DNA of 39,665 nt from a virus (Duplodnaviria > Caudoviricetes). Position numbers and translations under genes: made by a program. Positions within the stretch are counted from its first letter, which is position 1. Every line of letters begins with the position of its first letter. Below, one piece after another: positions 8,294 through 16,600 of the stretch. Location: IMG/VR virus record IMGVR_UViG_3300038829_000258, positions 1 to 39,665 of that record; one strand, written 5' to 3'. The notes beneath the pieces are model-generated. The model was not told the origin of the DNA. It saw only the letters and a program-made list of their open reading frames with translations, and ran no database searches.

Positions 8294-8632
8294 ATGGAGA
8301 AAGTCGAACGCTCGGAAGTCACGCTGCACCCCGAATCGCAACAACTGTCCATCGCGTTCCACGGAGGCGGAAAACACTCAACGATCCGCCTTGGCTACGA
8401 CGATGCCTGGCCGCTGTGCCTCGCGGTGATGCAGCAGCTTGTCCGCGCGACCTATGCGCAGGTCCAGAAGCAGCCGTCGCTACACGCCGATGAAGTGGCG
8501 AAACTGCCGCGCCTGGCGCCGGCCGAAGTGTCGATGAGCCGGGTCGGCGACCGATTCCTTTTCGTGTCGATGCTGTCGCCGACGTCGCCGTTCCAGTTGA
8601 GATGGACCGGAACACTGCAGAAGGACTGCTGA
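8294..8632 (+). CDS. Counter-oriented hypothetical protein (possibly frameshifted near 8597)
   Basis: SD GGAGGG upstream; globular-looking sequence; opposite strand to flanking genes. Confidence 0.55.
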   Translation: MEKVERSEVTLHPESQQLSIAFHGGGKHSTIRLGYDDAWPLCLAVMQQLVRATYAQVQKQPSLHADEVAKLPRLAPAEVSMSRVGDRFLFVSMLSPTSPFQLRWTGTLQKDC

Positions 8633-8712
8633 CGGCGCTGAGCACACTCCTGCAGCGCGGATCGAATAGCAAACCGAGTTAGCGGTCTTCGACAGCACGA
8701 CGGCCGGGCGCT

Positions 8713-8904
8713 TCACGCGCGGTCCACCCGCACGAGGTCAACGCACTGGCCGGCGCCCGCGATCAGCGCGGCGCTGGCGGTGGGGAAGGTGTCGGCGTCC
8801 TTCGGTTCAACCGACCGGAAGCCGGCGGTGGTGAGCGCTACACCGAGGCCGGTGGCGGTCTGTTCGAGGCGGTAGTGCGGGTATTTCTTCTTCGTGCTGG
8901 CCAT
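8713..8904 (-). CDS. Hypothetical protein, first gene of the leftward early operon
   Basis: SD GGAGGG; immediately downstream of the pL-like promoter. Confidence 0.65.
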   Translation of the reverse strand: MASTKKKYPHYRLEQTATGLGVALTTAGFRSVEPKDADTFPTASAALIAGAGQCVDLVRVDRA

Positions 8905-8930
8905 GTGCCCTCCGTCGTTTGACGGAAGGC

Positions 8931-8970
8931 ATTAAACACCTTGTTTAGTCTAGTGTCAACACGGTGTTTA
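8931..8970 (-). promoter_or_regulatory. pL-like sigma70 promoter with two 15-bp operators
   Basis: Minus strand TTGACA (8959-8954), 17 bp, TTTAAT (8936-8931); operators TAAACACCTTGTTTA (8933-8947) and TCAACACGGTGTTTA (8956-8970). Confidence 0.8.
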
Positions 8971-9408
8971 GTCTTGCCATGCCACGAGGCGGTCGTCCTC
9001 GAGATACACGTAGCGCTTCGGCGACTCATACACCAGCTGGTGGCGCTCGCCGCGACCACTCACGGTCCTGTTGCCGTGGCTGGGTTCGCCGATCGCGGCG
9101 TACACCGCGCACCAGGGCATGCCGACGCGGAGCCGGCGTTCCCGGATGTAGCCGGTATCGTTCGGCAGTATCTGGTAGTCGCGCGCGCGATCGAGCATTG
9201 CCTTCTCCCACCGCTGTCCGCGCTCGCTGACGTCTGGCTTGCGGAGCAGGCGGCCGAGCTGCAGGCAGAACGCGTTGGGCTTGATCATTGATGCCTTGAT
9301 GCGGAGATCCTGATCGGTCTCGGGCGCCTTCTTGGACTGAGCATTCGCTCCACACGCGAGCGCCAGGCTCGCGGAAGCTATTGCCAATCGCATCGACGAG
9401 GCGGTCAC
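8968..9408 (-). CDS. Exported protein co-transcribed with the repressor (SmpA/BamE-like C-terminal fold; superinfection-exclusion candidate)
   Basis: Signal peptide (RLAIASASLALACGANA-Q); LRVGM...AAIGEP...QLVY..YVYLEDDRLVAWQ; GTGA overlap with the repressor stop. Confidence 0.6.
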   Translation of the reverse strand: MTASSMRLAIASASLALACGANAQSKKAPETDQDLRIKASMIKPNAFCLQLGRLLRKPDVSERGQRWEKAMLDRARDYQILPNDTGYIRERRLRVGMPWCAVYAAIGEPSHGNRTVSGRGERHQLVYESPKRYVYLEDDRLVAWQD

Positions 9409-9890
9409 TTTTTCTTCGCCGGCGCTCGGCCTGGCGGGAGGCCGTAGGCTGCTTCGACCTTGCGGTCGTCGACGGGTGTGGCGGCGATTTTCGCCAGCAG
9501 GATCGTCATGCTCTCCGCAGCTTCATCCTGGACGTCGTCGCCGCGCAATTTAGCCATGTGCTTGATCGCGATCTTCCATCGACCGGTTGCAGCACGGTAC
9601 AGATCGAGTAGCTCTCGCTCGTCGTCGGTGAGATAGCTGCCGGTGACCTGACGCGCGACGTGGGATGTGGCCTGGCCAGTCTCCTTGAGGTATTGCTCGA
9701 CGGAAATGCCGAGCGCGGCGGCGACGGCAGGTAGTTCCGCTGCGGGAATGCCCCGACGTTTCCAGTTGGTCAGTCGCTGGTGGCTGATACCGCTCCCGAG
9801 CGCGAACTTGGCGGCCGCGCCGAACGAATCGCCGATGCGCGTGAACAGCGGCTCGGACGAGATTTTCCTAGTGTTGTCGCCCCTCGGCAT
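9405..9890 (-). CDS. cI: CI-like HTH repressor (no S24 peptidase domain seen)
   Basis: HTH GISHQRLTNWKRRGIP..LPAVAAALGISVEQYL; LTDDERELLDLYR C-domain; divergent from cro. Confidence 0.75.
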   Translation of the reverse strand: MPRGDNTRKISSEPLFTRIGDSFGAAAKFALGSGISHQRLTNWKRRGIPAAELPAVAAALGISVEQYLKETGQATSHVARQVTGSYLTDDERELLDLYRAATGRWKIAIKHMAKLRGDDVQDEAAESMTILLAKIAATPVDDRKVEAAYGLPPGRAPAKKK

Positions 9891-9925
9891 GAGGAAAAGC
9901 GTATTCCCGATTGCGCCCAATGGGT

Positions 9926-9966
9926 TACACAATACGTTGACAAAGATTAAACACGGTGTTTACACT
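9926..9966 (+). promoter_or_regulatory. pR-like sigma70 promoter with operator(s)
   Basis: TTGACA (9937-9942), 18 bp, TACACT (9961-9966); perfect palindrome TAAACAC-G-GTGTTTA at 9948-9962; degenerate copy at 9926-9940. Confidence 0.8.
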
Positions 9967-9973
9967 CTCGGCC

Positions 9974-10261
9974 GTGAACTCGACTCAATCCGAACCGCAG
10001 AACCCCGGCCTTGAGGCCGCAATTCTCGTCGCTGGTAGCCCCGGCGCGCTGGCGCTCCTGCTGAGCGTTGAGCCGCAGGTCGTCACCAACTGGCGCAGGC
10101 GTGGTGTGCCGCCTCACCGAGTGCTTGCCGTCGAGCAGGCGGTGTGTGGCGCGGTGACGCGCTACGAGCTGCGGCCCGAGATCTACGGCGAGAAGCCTGC
10201 CGACTGGGTGTCGCCGTTCGTGCGCAACGAGCCGGCGGCAATGTCCGCGGGTGCGGGGTAA
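9974..10261 (+). CDS. cro: Cro/YdaS-like repressor
   Basis: AGSPGALALLLSVEPQVVTNWRRRGVPPHRVLAVEQA...VTRYELRPEIYG; divergent from cI. Confidence 0.85.
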   Translation: MNSTQSEPQNPGLEAAILVAGSPGALALLLSVEPQVVTNWRRRGVPPHRVLAVEQAVCGAVTRYELRPEIYGEKPADWVSPFVRNEPAAMSAGAG

Positions 10262-10274
10262 GCGTGGCTTACGC

Positions 10275-10299
10275 ATGGACGAGATCGTCCATTTTTTTT
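10275..10299 (+). terminator. tR1-like intrinsic terminator
   Basis: ATGGACG-AGAT-CGTCCAT hairpin followed by a T run, between cro and the CII-like gene. Confidence 0.65.
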
Positions 10300-10318
10300 G
10301 CGTTGGGAGGATAGACAA

Positions 10319-10750
10319 GTGACGACAAAACTTTTGACGACGGTTGAAGGTGCGCAGCAGCCGCTGCCATTGCACCGAGCCGTGACGCCCGAGGACGTGT
10401 CGCTGGAGACGATCGTCAAGCGCCGCTCGATGCTCGGCGCGATCAATCTGATGATCGACGTGTCCGGCCTCGAGGACAAGGAACTGTACTCACCGCTGGA
10501 TATCGACGCCGGGCACTGGTCGAAGATGCGCAAGGGGCAGGCGCAGTTCCCCGTCGATGAACGCCTCGGCCGCGCCATGGACATGTGCGCCAGCGAAGTG
10601 CCGCTCATCTGGCTGGCCAATTCTCGCGGCTACGGAATCCACCTTCTCGAATCTGAGGCCGCGCGCCAGTTGCGTGCCGAGCGCGAGCTGCGCATTGAAG
10701 CCGAGAAGAAGGTCGATCTGCTCACCGGAATTCTGAAACGGCAGGCATAG
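10319..10750 (+). CDS. CII-like HTH regulator
   Basis: SD GGGAGG; position after cro; LDIDAGHWSKMRKG helix-turn-helix-like segment and coiled C-terminus. Confidence 0.6.
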   Translation: MTTKLLTTVEGAQQPLPLHRAVTPEDVSLETIVKRRSMLGAINLMIDVSGLEDKELYSPLDIDAGHWSKMRKGQAQFPVDERLGRAMDMCASEVPLIWLANSRGYGIHLLESEAARQLRAERELRIEAEKKVDLLTGILKRQA

Positions 10751-10940
10751 CGGGACGCAGGAAACGACCGGCGGGGGCCGGCGAAAAGAACGAGGGGTAA
10801 GGCGATGGGGAAGGGTCAGCGAGGCAAGGCGCGGTTCAAGACGGTCATTCTCCAAATTCCTGGCGGACCGGCGGTCAAGACTCGGGTGCTGATCGAGCGC
10901 TCGGCACCAAGGCCGAAGCTGAAGCCGGGCGAGGTTGCTG

Positions 10941-11153
10941 TCAATTTCCCTGGGCTTGGCTGGCCGATAGCGATTCGAGTACCGCAATCGCCCGCTTCAT
11001 CGCCCGTTGTTGAAGCTGCACCATCGTCGCGGCCTTGTCCTGCTGGACGAGGACCGAAATCTCCACCACCTCGCCGCCGATCCGGTAGCGCGCGTCCACG
11101 CGCAGCTGGCCGTTCTCGTTGCTGAAGCCGACTTCATTGTCTCCGACGACCAT
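10941..11153 (-). CDS. Counter-oriented small hypothetical protein
   Basis: SD AAGGGGGA before ATG; compact beta-beta-beta-alpha-like sequence. Confidence 0.5.
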   Translation of the reverse strand: MVVGDNEVGFSNENGQLRVDARYRIGGEVVEISVLVQQDKAATMVQLQQRAMKRAIAVLESLSASQAQGN

Positions 11154-11210
11154 GGAATCCCCCTTTGTGATTGGTAAGCCCGGGAGTGTAGCCCGATGGG
11201 GTGCGCCAGC

Positions 11211-11735
11211 ATGACGCTGGCTGAGTATCTCGAACCTGAGCTGGCGCGGAGGATCTGCGCCGTGATGCCGGGCTTCGACCCGGGCGCGTATCTCGTGCTT
11301 CGCGTTATCACGCACACCCCGGACGGTATTTCGCAGGTCGAGGACACCGACAGCCGTGCCACCGCCGCGAGGATCAGCCTGGAGCGGCAGATCGTCGCCG
11401 CGCAGGTGGAGCGCAGGCCTGCCGCCGTGCCGCCGCCGGCGCCCGCGCGGCAGCGCGCAGGGTTCGGTGCGCCAAAGCGTTCCGAGACGAGGCCCTGGCC
11501 GCGCGGCAAGAACGGGCTGCGCTACCTGGTGCTCAAGCTGATCGGCGGCAGCCGCAAGCCGAATGTGGAGTTCTCCGACCTGCAGGGGCGCGTCGGCTCG
11601 GCGACGCCGCAGCAGATCTACATGGAGCTGCGCGCCATGTCGGACGACAAGTGGCTGGAGCGGACGGGCGCGAAGATGCACTACCGCTACTCGATCACCG
11701 AGGTCGGCCGCAAGGCGCTGGAGTGGGAGGGCTGA
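11211..11735 (+). CDS. Hypothetical protein with C-terminal winged-helix domain
   Basis: LRYLVLKLI...QIYMELRAMSDDKWLERTG...YSITEVGRKAL (PadR-like wHTH pattern). Confidence 0.6.
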   Translation: MTLAEYLEPELARRICAVMPGFDPGAYLVLRVITHTPDGISQVEDTDSRATAARISLERQIVAAQVERRPAAVPPPAPARQRAGFGAPKRSETRPWPRGKNGLRYLVLKLIGGSRKPNVEFSDLQGRVGSATPQQIYMELRAMSDDKWLERTGAKMHYRYSITEVGRKALEWEG

Positions 11736-12190
11736 TGCCCGCGCCGCGCACGTCCGACGAGCGGTTCCTCAAGCTGCTGGAGCGCATGCCGGCGCCGATG
11801 GACACGGGCGACATCGCCTCCACGCTGGGCTGGACGCGCCAGAACGTGCAGCTCGTCGGCTCGAGGCTTGAGCGCGCGGAGAAGGTGGTCCGCCTGAAGG
11901 GCGAGCGCGACGGATCCACGGGCAGGCCCGCGGACTCGTGGGCGCTGACGGGCACGGTGCCCAAGGGCAGCGTGGCGGCGGTGAAGCAGATCGCGCCCGA
12001 CTCGATCGTGATCACGCCCACGGGCGAAGAGGCGCGCGTGATCGGCGCGAAGGGCAAGTGCTTCGTGGAGTTCGAGTACATCACCGGGCCCGAGCGCTTC
12101 CAGCGCGGCACGCTCCACGTCAACCTGCTGCGCGAGTACCAGCCCGGCCGCGAGAAGCCGGAGCCGGTGCGGATCGGGGAGGCGGCCTGA
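11735..12190 (+). CDS. Winged-helix DNA-binding protein
   Basis: PMDTGDIASTLGWTRQNVQLVGSRLERAEKV...GRP..W pattern; TGATG overlap. Confidence 0.65.
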   Translation: MPAPRTSDERFLKLLERMPAPMDTGDIASTLGWTRQNVQLVGSRLERAEKVVRLKGERDGSTGRPADSWALTGTVPKGSVAAVKQIAPDSIVITPTGEEARVIGAKGKCFVEFEYITGPERFQRGTLHVNLLREYQPGREKPEPVRIGEAA

Positions 12191-12549
12191 TGCTGCTCTG
12201 GATCGACACGGCCGATGCGACCGCGTTTGTGGAGATGGACCGCGCCTCCCAGTACACAACGACGACGATGGCCACGGTGCTGGTCTTGGATTGCGGCACC
12301 CGGGGCACGAGCGTGTATGGCTTCGAGAGGCTCCGCGAGCGGGTGATGGAATTCAAGGCGGACGAGTTCGTCCGCGAGATCCGCGCGATGCGCCGGCGCA
12401 ATGCAGAGGCCTCGATCGCGACGATCCGTGAATTGGCGCGGCGGGCAGGGGAGTGGGCGGCGTGGAAGGCTCCGCACGTCTACTTCCCCGCCCGCCGCGC
12501 GTGTGGTGCGGTGCCGGCGCGGCAATCGTTCTACCAGGGGGCGTTCTAG
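12190..12549 (+). CDS. Hypothetical protein
   Basis: TGATG coupling with the upstream gene. Confidence 0.5.
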   Translation: MLLWIDTADATAFVEMDRASQYTTTTMATVLVLDCGTRGTSVYGFERLRERVMEFKADEFVREIRAMRRRNAEASIATIRELARRAGEWAAWKAPHVYFPARRACGAVPARQSFYQGAF

Positions 12550-12818
12550 TGGCCACCATCGAGAACTACGGGACCGTGCCGCGAAGGGATTTCGTCGCCG
12601 AGCTCAGGACGATGGAGGACGCGACGTTGATCGCTCAGCAAGTGTGCCAGCAAGGTGCCGTGCACGCCATTGCGTACCTGATGAAGGCAGGCGTGACCGA
12701 AGCGACCGCGACGGCAATGCTGGACTCACTGCGCGTGAACATGCAGCTCGTCCGCGAAGAGGCAGTTCGGCGGGGCATCGCGAATCTGTTTCCCGAAGAT
12801 CAAACGGGGTTCAGCTAG
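12549..12818 (+). CDS. Hypothetical protein
   Basis: TAGTG coupling; helical sequence. Confidence 0.5.
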   Translation: MATIENYGTVPRRDFVAELRTMEDATLIAQQVCQQGAVHAIAYLMKAGVTEATATAMLDSLRVNMQLVREEAVRRGIANLFPEDQTGFS

Positions 12819-12821
12819 TCG

Positions 12822-13010
12822 ATGACGCGCGCCGAGCTCCTTACCAAGGCCGCCGGCAAGCTGACCGAGCAGGCGCGCGATCTGAAGGACGCGCACTCGG
12901 TGCAGGGTGATTGGTTCGTGAACACGCCAGAAGACATGCGCGCACGTGTGGAGCATGACGAGCTGATCGAACTGAGCGCAGGCCTGCTCGCGATGGCGAA
13001 CATCCAGTGA
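12822..13010 (+). CDS. Hypothetical protein
   Basis: Tightly packed ORF in the rightward operon. Confidence 0.55.
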   Translation: MTRAELLTKAAGKLTEQARDLKDAHSVQGDWFVNTPEDMRARVEHDELIELSAGLLAMANIQ

Positions 13011-13243
13011 AGCGCCCGCCGCCGAATCCGATGATCAAGCAGTCGAAGACGGCTGATGGCCTGGCGCAGCGCATCGTCGCCATGCTGAAGGACAGCGGCC
13101 CGCGCAACGTGATGTGGTGGCTGTCCTACGCGAAGACCGAGGCGATGTTCTACGACGCGATCGGCCGGCTGTTCGTGCGTGGACAGGTGAGGTTCATCGG
13201 CAAAGGCAAGGGGCGACGGCTCGCACTCGCGGGTCGAGGATAG
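13007..13243 (+). CDS. Hypothetical protein
   Basis: GTGA overlap; precedes the primase. Confidence 0.55.
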   Translation: MKRPPPNPMIKQSKTADGLAQRIVAMLKDSGPRNVMWWLSYAKTEAMFYDAIGRLFVRGQVRFIGKGKGRRLALAGRG

Positions 13244-13251
13244 CTGCCAGC

Positions 13252-15852
13252 GTGATCGCACCCGAGGAACTCCGCCACCGGCAACAGTGGCTGCTCTGGC
13301 GCTTTGAGCCCAATCCGAAGAAGCCGGACGGCAAGAAGCTCAAGGTGCCGTACTACATCTCCGGCAAGCGGCGCATGGGCACGCAGGGCAGCGACGACGA
13401 CCGCTCCTGGCTGTCGCTCTACCACTCGGTGATCGACGAACTGTCGCGCAGCCGCGGCTCCAGGTTGCCGTATGACGGCATCGGGTTCGCGTTCCTGCCT
13501 GGCGACGGCCTGATCGGGATCGACCTGGACCACATGCTGGACAAGGACACCGGCGAGCTGTCGCAGCGGGCGCTCTCGATCGTGCAGGCCTGCGCGAGCT
13601 ACACGGAGTGGTCGCCATCGAAGGCCGGGCTCCACATCATCGTCAAGGGCGAGACGGTCACCAACAAGTCCGACAAGATCGGCGTGGAGATCTTCTGCGG
13701 AGCGCAGTACTTCACCTTCACGGGTGAGCTGTACTCCGGCGCGCCGTCCGAAGTGGCGGAGATCTCGGCCAAGGCGCTGGCGCGGCTGCATGCAACCGTG
13801 AACGAGGCGAAGGGCAAGAGCAGGCCCGCTCCCGCTGCGCCTGGCGCAGCCGCAAAGCCTGCCGCCGGCGTCCGTTCACTCGACAACGATTTCAAGAAGG
13901 TGAACGACGCCGCGCTCGCGAATCTCGACGCGTGGGTGCCGGCGCTGTTCCCGGACGCGAAGCGATCGAGCAAGGGCTACCGCGTGACCTCGCACAGCCT
14001 CGGGCGGGATCTCGAGGAGGATCTCTCGATCACGCAGGATGGCATCAAGGACTGGGGCGTGGCCGACATCGGCGATCCGCGCGAAGGCGGACGCACGCCG
14101 ATCGACCTGGTGCTGGAGTGGGGGCCGGCGAAGAAGCCCAAGGACGCGCTGCATTGGCTTGCCGCGCAGCTCGGCATCACGCTCTCCAGTCGCGCCCCCG
14201 CACCCCGAGGAACGGGGAGTGGTGGTAACACGCCTCCTCCGGGTGGATGGGGGCGCGGGCCCAATGAAGACGGGGATTCCGGCGAGCCGCCGCCCGAAGG
14301 TGTGCCGGTGATCAAGGTGAAGGCCGGCCTGCTGCCGCAGGCGGTGGACCTTGCGGAGCAGGCGCTGCTCGATTTCCCCGAGCGGATCTATCAGCGCTCG
14401 GGGTTCATCACGCGGGTGGTGAAGCGCGACCGGCCGAGCGTGCGCAACTACACGCGCGACGCGGGCTCGCTCGGCGTCCACACCGTGGACCAAAACTATC
14501 TGCTCGAACTCTTCAACCGCGCCGCGGTGTGGGAGAAGTGGAACGTGAAGTCCGAGGCCTGGGTGCGCTGCCACTGCCCGGACCAGGTGGCGTCGTTCTA
14601 CCTCGCGCGCGTCGGCCGATGGAAGCTGCCGAAGCTGTGGTCAGTGGTGAGCGCGCCCACGTTGCGGCCTGATGGCACGCTGCTGCAGAAGCCGGGCTAC
14701 GACGAAGCGACGAACACGTACTACGACCCGTGCGGAGTGAAGTTCCCCGCGATCCCGGACAAGCCGTCGCGCGAGGATGCCGAGGCGGCTTTGAAGCTGC
14801 TGCTGGATCTCTTCAAGTCCTTCCCCTTCGAGCAGGAGCTGGACCGCGCGGTGGCGCTCAGCCTGGCGCTCACGGCGCTGGTGCGGCGTGCGCTGCCGTC
14901 CGCCCCGCTCGGGGCCTTCACCGCGCCGATCATGGGCTCGGGCAAGACGCTCATGGCCGATTGCATCTCGATCCTCGCGGCCGGGGTGTCTGTGCCAGCG
15001 ATGACGTACCCCGAAAGGGAGGAGGAAGCCGAGAAGACCGCGCTCTCGGTGCTGATGGAAGGCGACCCGGTGGTGCTGATCGACAACGTGGAGCGCCCGC
15101 TGCAGGGCGCCTGGCTGTGCTCGATACTCACGCAGGAGGTCTACCAGCAGCGCGTGCTCGGCCGCTCGGAGATGATGCGCGTGCCCACGACCACGCTGTG
15201 GCTCGCCACCGGCAACCAGCTCGTCGTCGCCGGCGACCTTCGCACCCGCACCCTGTTGTGTCGGATCGACCCCAAGTCCGAGCATCCCGAGCAGAGGTCG
15301 TTCGCCGGTGATCTGCGCGAATGGACCACCAGCAACCGGCCGGCACTCGTGGCGGCGGGCTTGACGCTGATCCGCGCCTTCATGGCCACAGGGACGCCGG
15401 TGTCCGAGATCTGCAAGCCGTGGGGCCGCTTCGAGCGCTGGAGCGAGATGGTGCGCGCGCCGCTGATCTGGCTCGGCTGCGACGATCCTTGCCGCAGCCT
15501 GGCCGCGCTCGAAGGCGACGACCCCGAGCGCAACGAACTGGCGCGCATGCTCGCCTCGTGGCGGGCTTGCTTCGGTATCGAGCCGACCAGCGCAAGGGAA
15601 GCGGTGGAGCGAACCATGCCGACGATGGCGGGGCTCGACGGGGATGCCAAGGCGCTCGGCGACGTGCTGAAGGAGATCGCGGCGGAGCGCGGAGGGGGGC
15701 TGAGCGTTCGCCGCCTCGGCAAGTGGCTCCAGAAGCACAGCGGCCGGCGGATCGACGGCAACTTCTTCACGAAGGCTAGCGAGCGTGACCACGTTGCGCT
15801 TTGGAAGGTCATGTCCAGCGACAAGGGAGGCACCGCACCAGCTACGGGCTAA
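13252..15852 (+). CDS. Primase-polymerase (AEP) fused to a P-loop helicase
   Basis: QWLLWR..KVPY, GIGF...GIDLD, EWSPSKAGLHII (AEP motifs); Walker A GSGKT and Walker B VLIDNV; GTG start inferred. Confidence 0.85.
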   Translation: MIAPEELRHRQQWLLWRFEPNPKKPDGKKLKVPYYISGKRRMGTQGSDDDRSWLSLYHSVIDELSRSRGSRLPYDGIGFAFLPGDGLIGIDLDHMLDKDTGELSQRALSIVQACASYTEWSPSKAGLHIIVKGETVTNKSDKIGVEIFCGAQYFTFTGELYSGAPSEVAEISAKALARLHATVNEAKGKSRPAPAAPGAAAKPAAGVRSLDNDFKKVNDAALANLDAWVPALFPDAKRSSKGYRVTSHSLGRDLEEDLSITQDGIKDWGVADIGDPREGGRTPIDLVLEWGPAKKPKDALHWLAAQLGITLSSRAPAPRGTGSGGNTPPPGGWGRGPNEDGDSGEPPPEGVPVIKVKAGLLPQAVDLAEQALLDFPERIYQRSGFITRVVKRDRPSVRNYTRDAGSLGVHTVDQNYLLELFNRAAVWEKWNVKSEAWVRCHCPDQVASFYLARVGRWKLPKLWSVVSAPTLRPDGTLLQKPGYDEATNTYYDPCGVKFPAIPDKPSREDAEAALKLLLDLFKSFPFEQELDRAVALSLALTALVRRALPSAPLGAFTAPIMGSGKTLMADCISILAAGVSVPAMTYPEREEEAEKTALSVLMEGDPVVLIDNVERPLQGAWLCSILTQEVYQQRVLGRSEMMRVPTTTLWLATGNQLVVAGDLRTRTLLCRIDPKSEHPEQRSFAGDLREWTTSNRPALVAAGLTLIRAFMATGTPVSEICKPWGRFERWSEMVRAPLIWLGCDDPCRSLAALEGDDPERNELARMLASWRACFGIEPTSAREAVERTMPTMAGLDGDAKALGDVLKEIAAERGGGLSVRRLGKWLQKHSGRRIDGNFFTKASERDHVALWKVMSSDKGGTAPATG

Positions 15853-15859
15853 GGGTTAT

Positions 15860-16029
15860 CCGGGCGATGTTTTCGGCCCTTCTCTCTTTTTTCGCCATTT
15901 TCGGGAGGGGCCTACGTCCTGCGTCCTTACACGGGCTTTCGCCCTTTCTTCTTTAACTATTAATGCGCGAGAAAGAGAAAGAGAAAAAGAGATGCCAAAT
16001 CATAGAGAAGGGCCGAAAACATCGCCCGG
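15860..16029. repeat. 26-bp perfect inverted repeat around an AT/purine-rich core (candidate replication origin)
   Basis: CCGGGCGATGTTTTCGGCCCTTCTCT (15860-15885) and its reverse complement (16004-16029). Confidence 0.8.
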
Positions 16030-16060
16030 TCATCCCGTAGCCCGTCGCCCTCGGCGTGGC

Positions 16061-16558
16061 GTGATCACTGGCGCGACCAACGCGAAGCGCCCGCCGCTCG
16101 ATCCAGTAGATGCTCGTCGTGTCGAGGAAGCCGAGACGGGCAGGCTGATGCAGAACTGGGCGCAGTGGAAGTCGGGCGCGTCGATCAGCGTGGCCGTGTC
16201 GAGCGCGTTCAACCTGGAGGCGAGGGGCAGGCGCGAGGCCGTGTCGGTGCCGCTGCTCAACGGCGAGGCGTCGGACGTGGACGCTGCTGTCGATGCGCTG
16301 CCCGCTGATCTGCGCGCGGTGGTGACCGAGCACTGGCTGGCCAAGGGCACGGCAGAGAAGCACGCGAAGGTGTGCGGCTGCGAGATCAGGACCTACTACC
16401 GCCGCCTCGATCACGCGCACGAGCGCATCCGCGCACTGATGCGCGCCAAGCGTACGGAGGCCGAGCGCACGCGCACTGCCTACCGTGCGCACCACGCCAA
16501 TCACAGCGATGGAAATCTGCGCGCACCACCCGTGCGTGCACCCGAGGAAAGCGATTGA
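16061..16558 (+). CDS. Q-like late antiterminator (sigma region-4-like HTH)
   Basis: LMQNWAQW, VDAAVDALPADLRAVV..W, AKVCGCEIRTYYRRLDHAH; sits before the packaging genes; start uncertain. Confidence 0.7.
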   Translation: MITGATNAKRPPLDPVDARRVEEAETGRLMQNWAQWKSGASISVAVSSAFNLEARGRREAVSVPLLNGEASDVDAAVDALPADLRAVVTEHWLAKGTAEKHAKVCGCEIRTYYRRLDHAHERIRALMRAKRTEAERTRTAYRAHHANHSDGNLRAPPVRAPEESD

Positions 16559-16600
16559 AGCCTTGTCAAAGGTGCGTTTAAACGCTGAAGCCTTGTCAAA
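16556..16600 (+). repeat. 15-bp direct repeat flanking a 12-bp palindrome (late promoter region)
   Basis: TGAAGCCTTGTCAAA at 16556-16570 and 16586-16600; GCGTTTAAACGC at 16574-16585. Confidence 0.75.

Noticed and set aside
10805-11125. Plus-strand 106-aa ORF
   Set aside because: Low-complexity Pro/Arg C-terminus overlapping a better-supported minus-strand ORF; left uncalled
16556-16600. Possible mini-CRISPR
   Set aside because: Only two 15-bp repeats with a 15-bp spacer, and no cas genes
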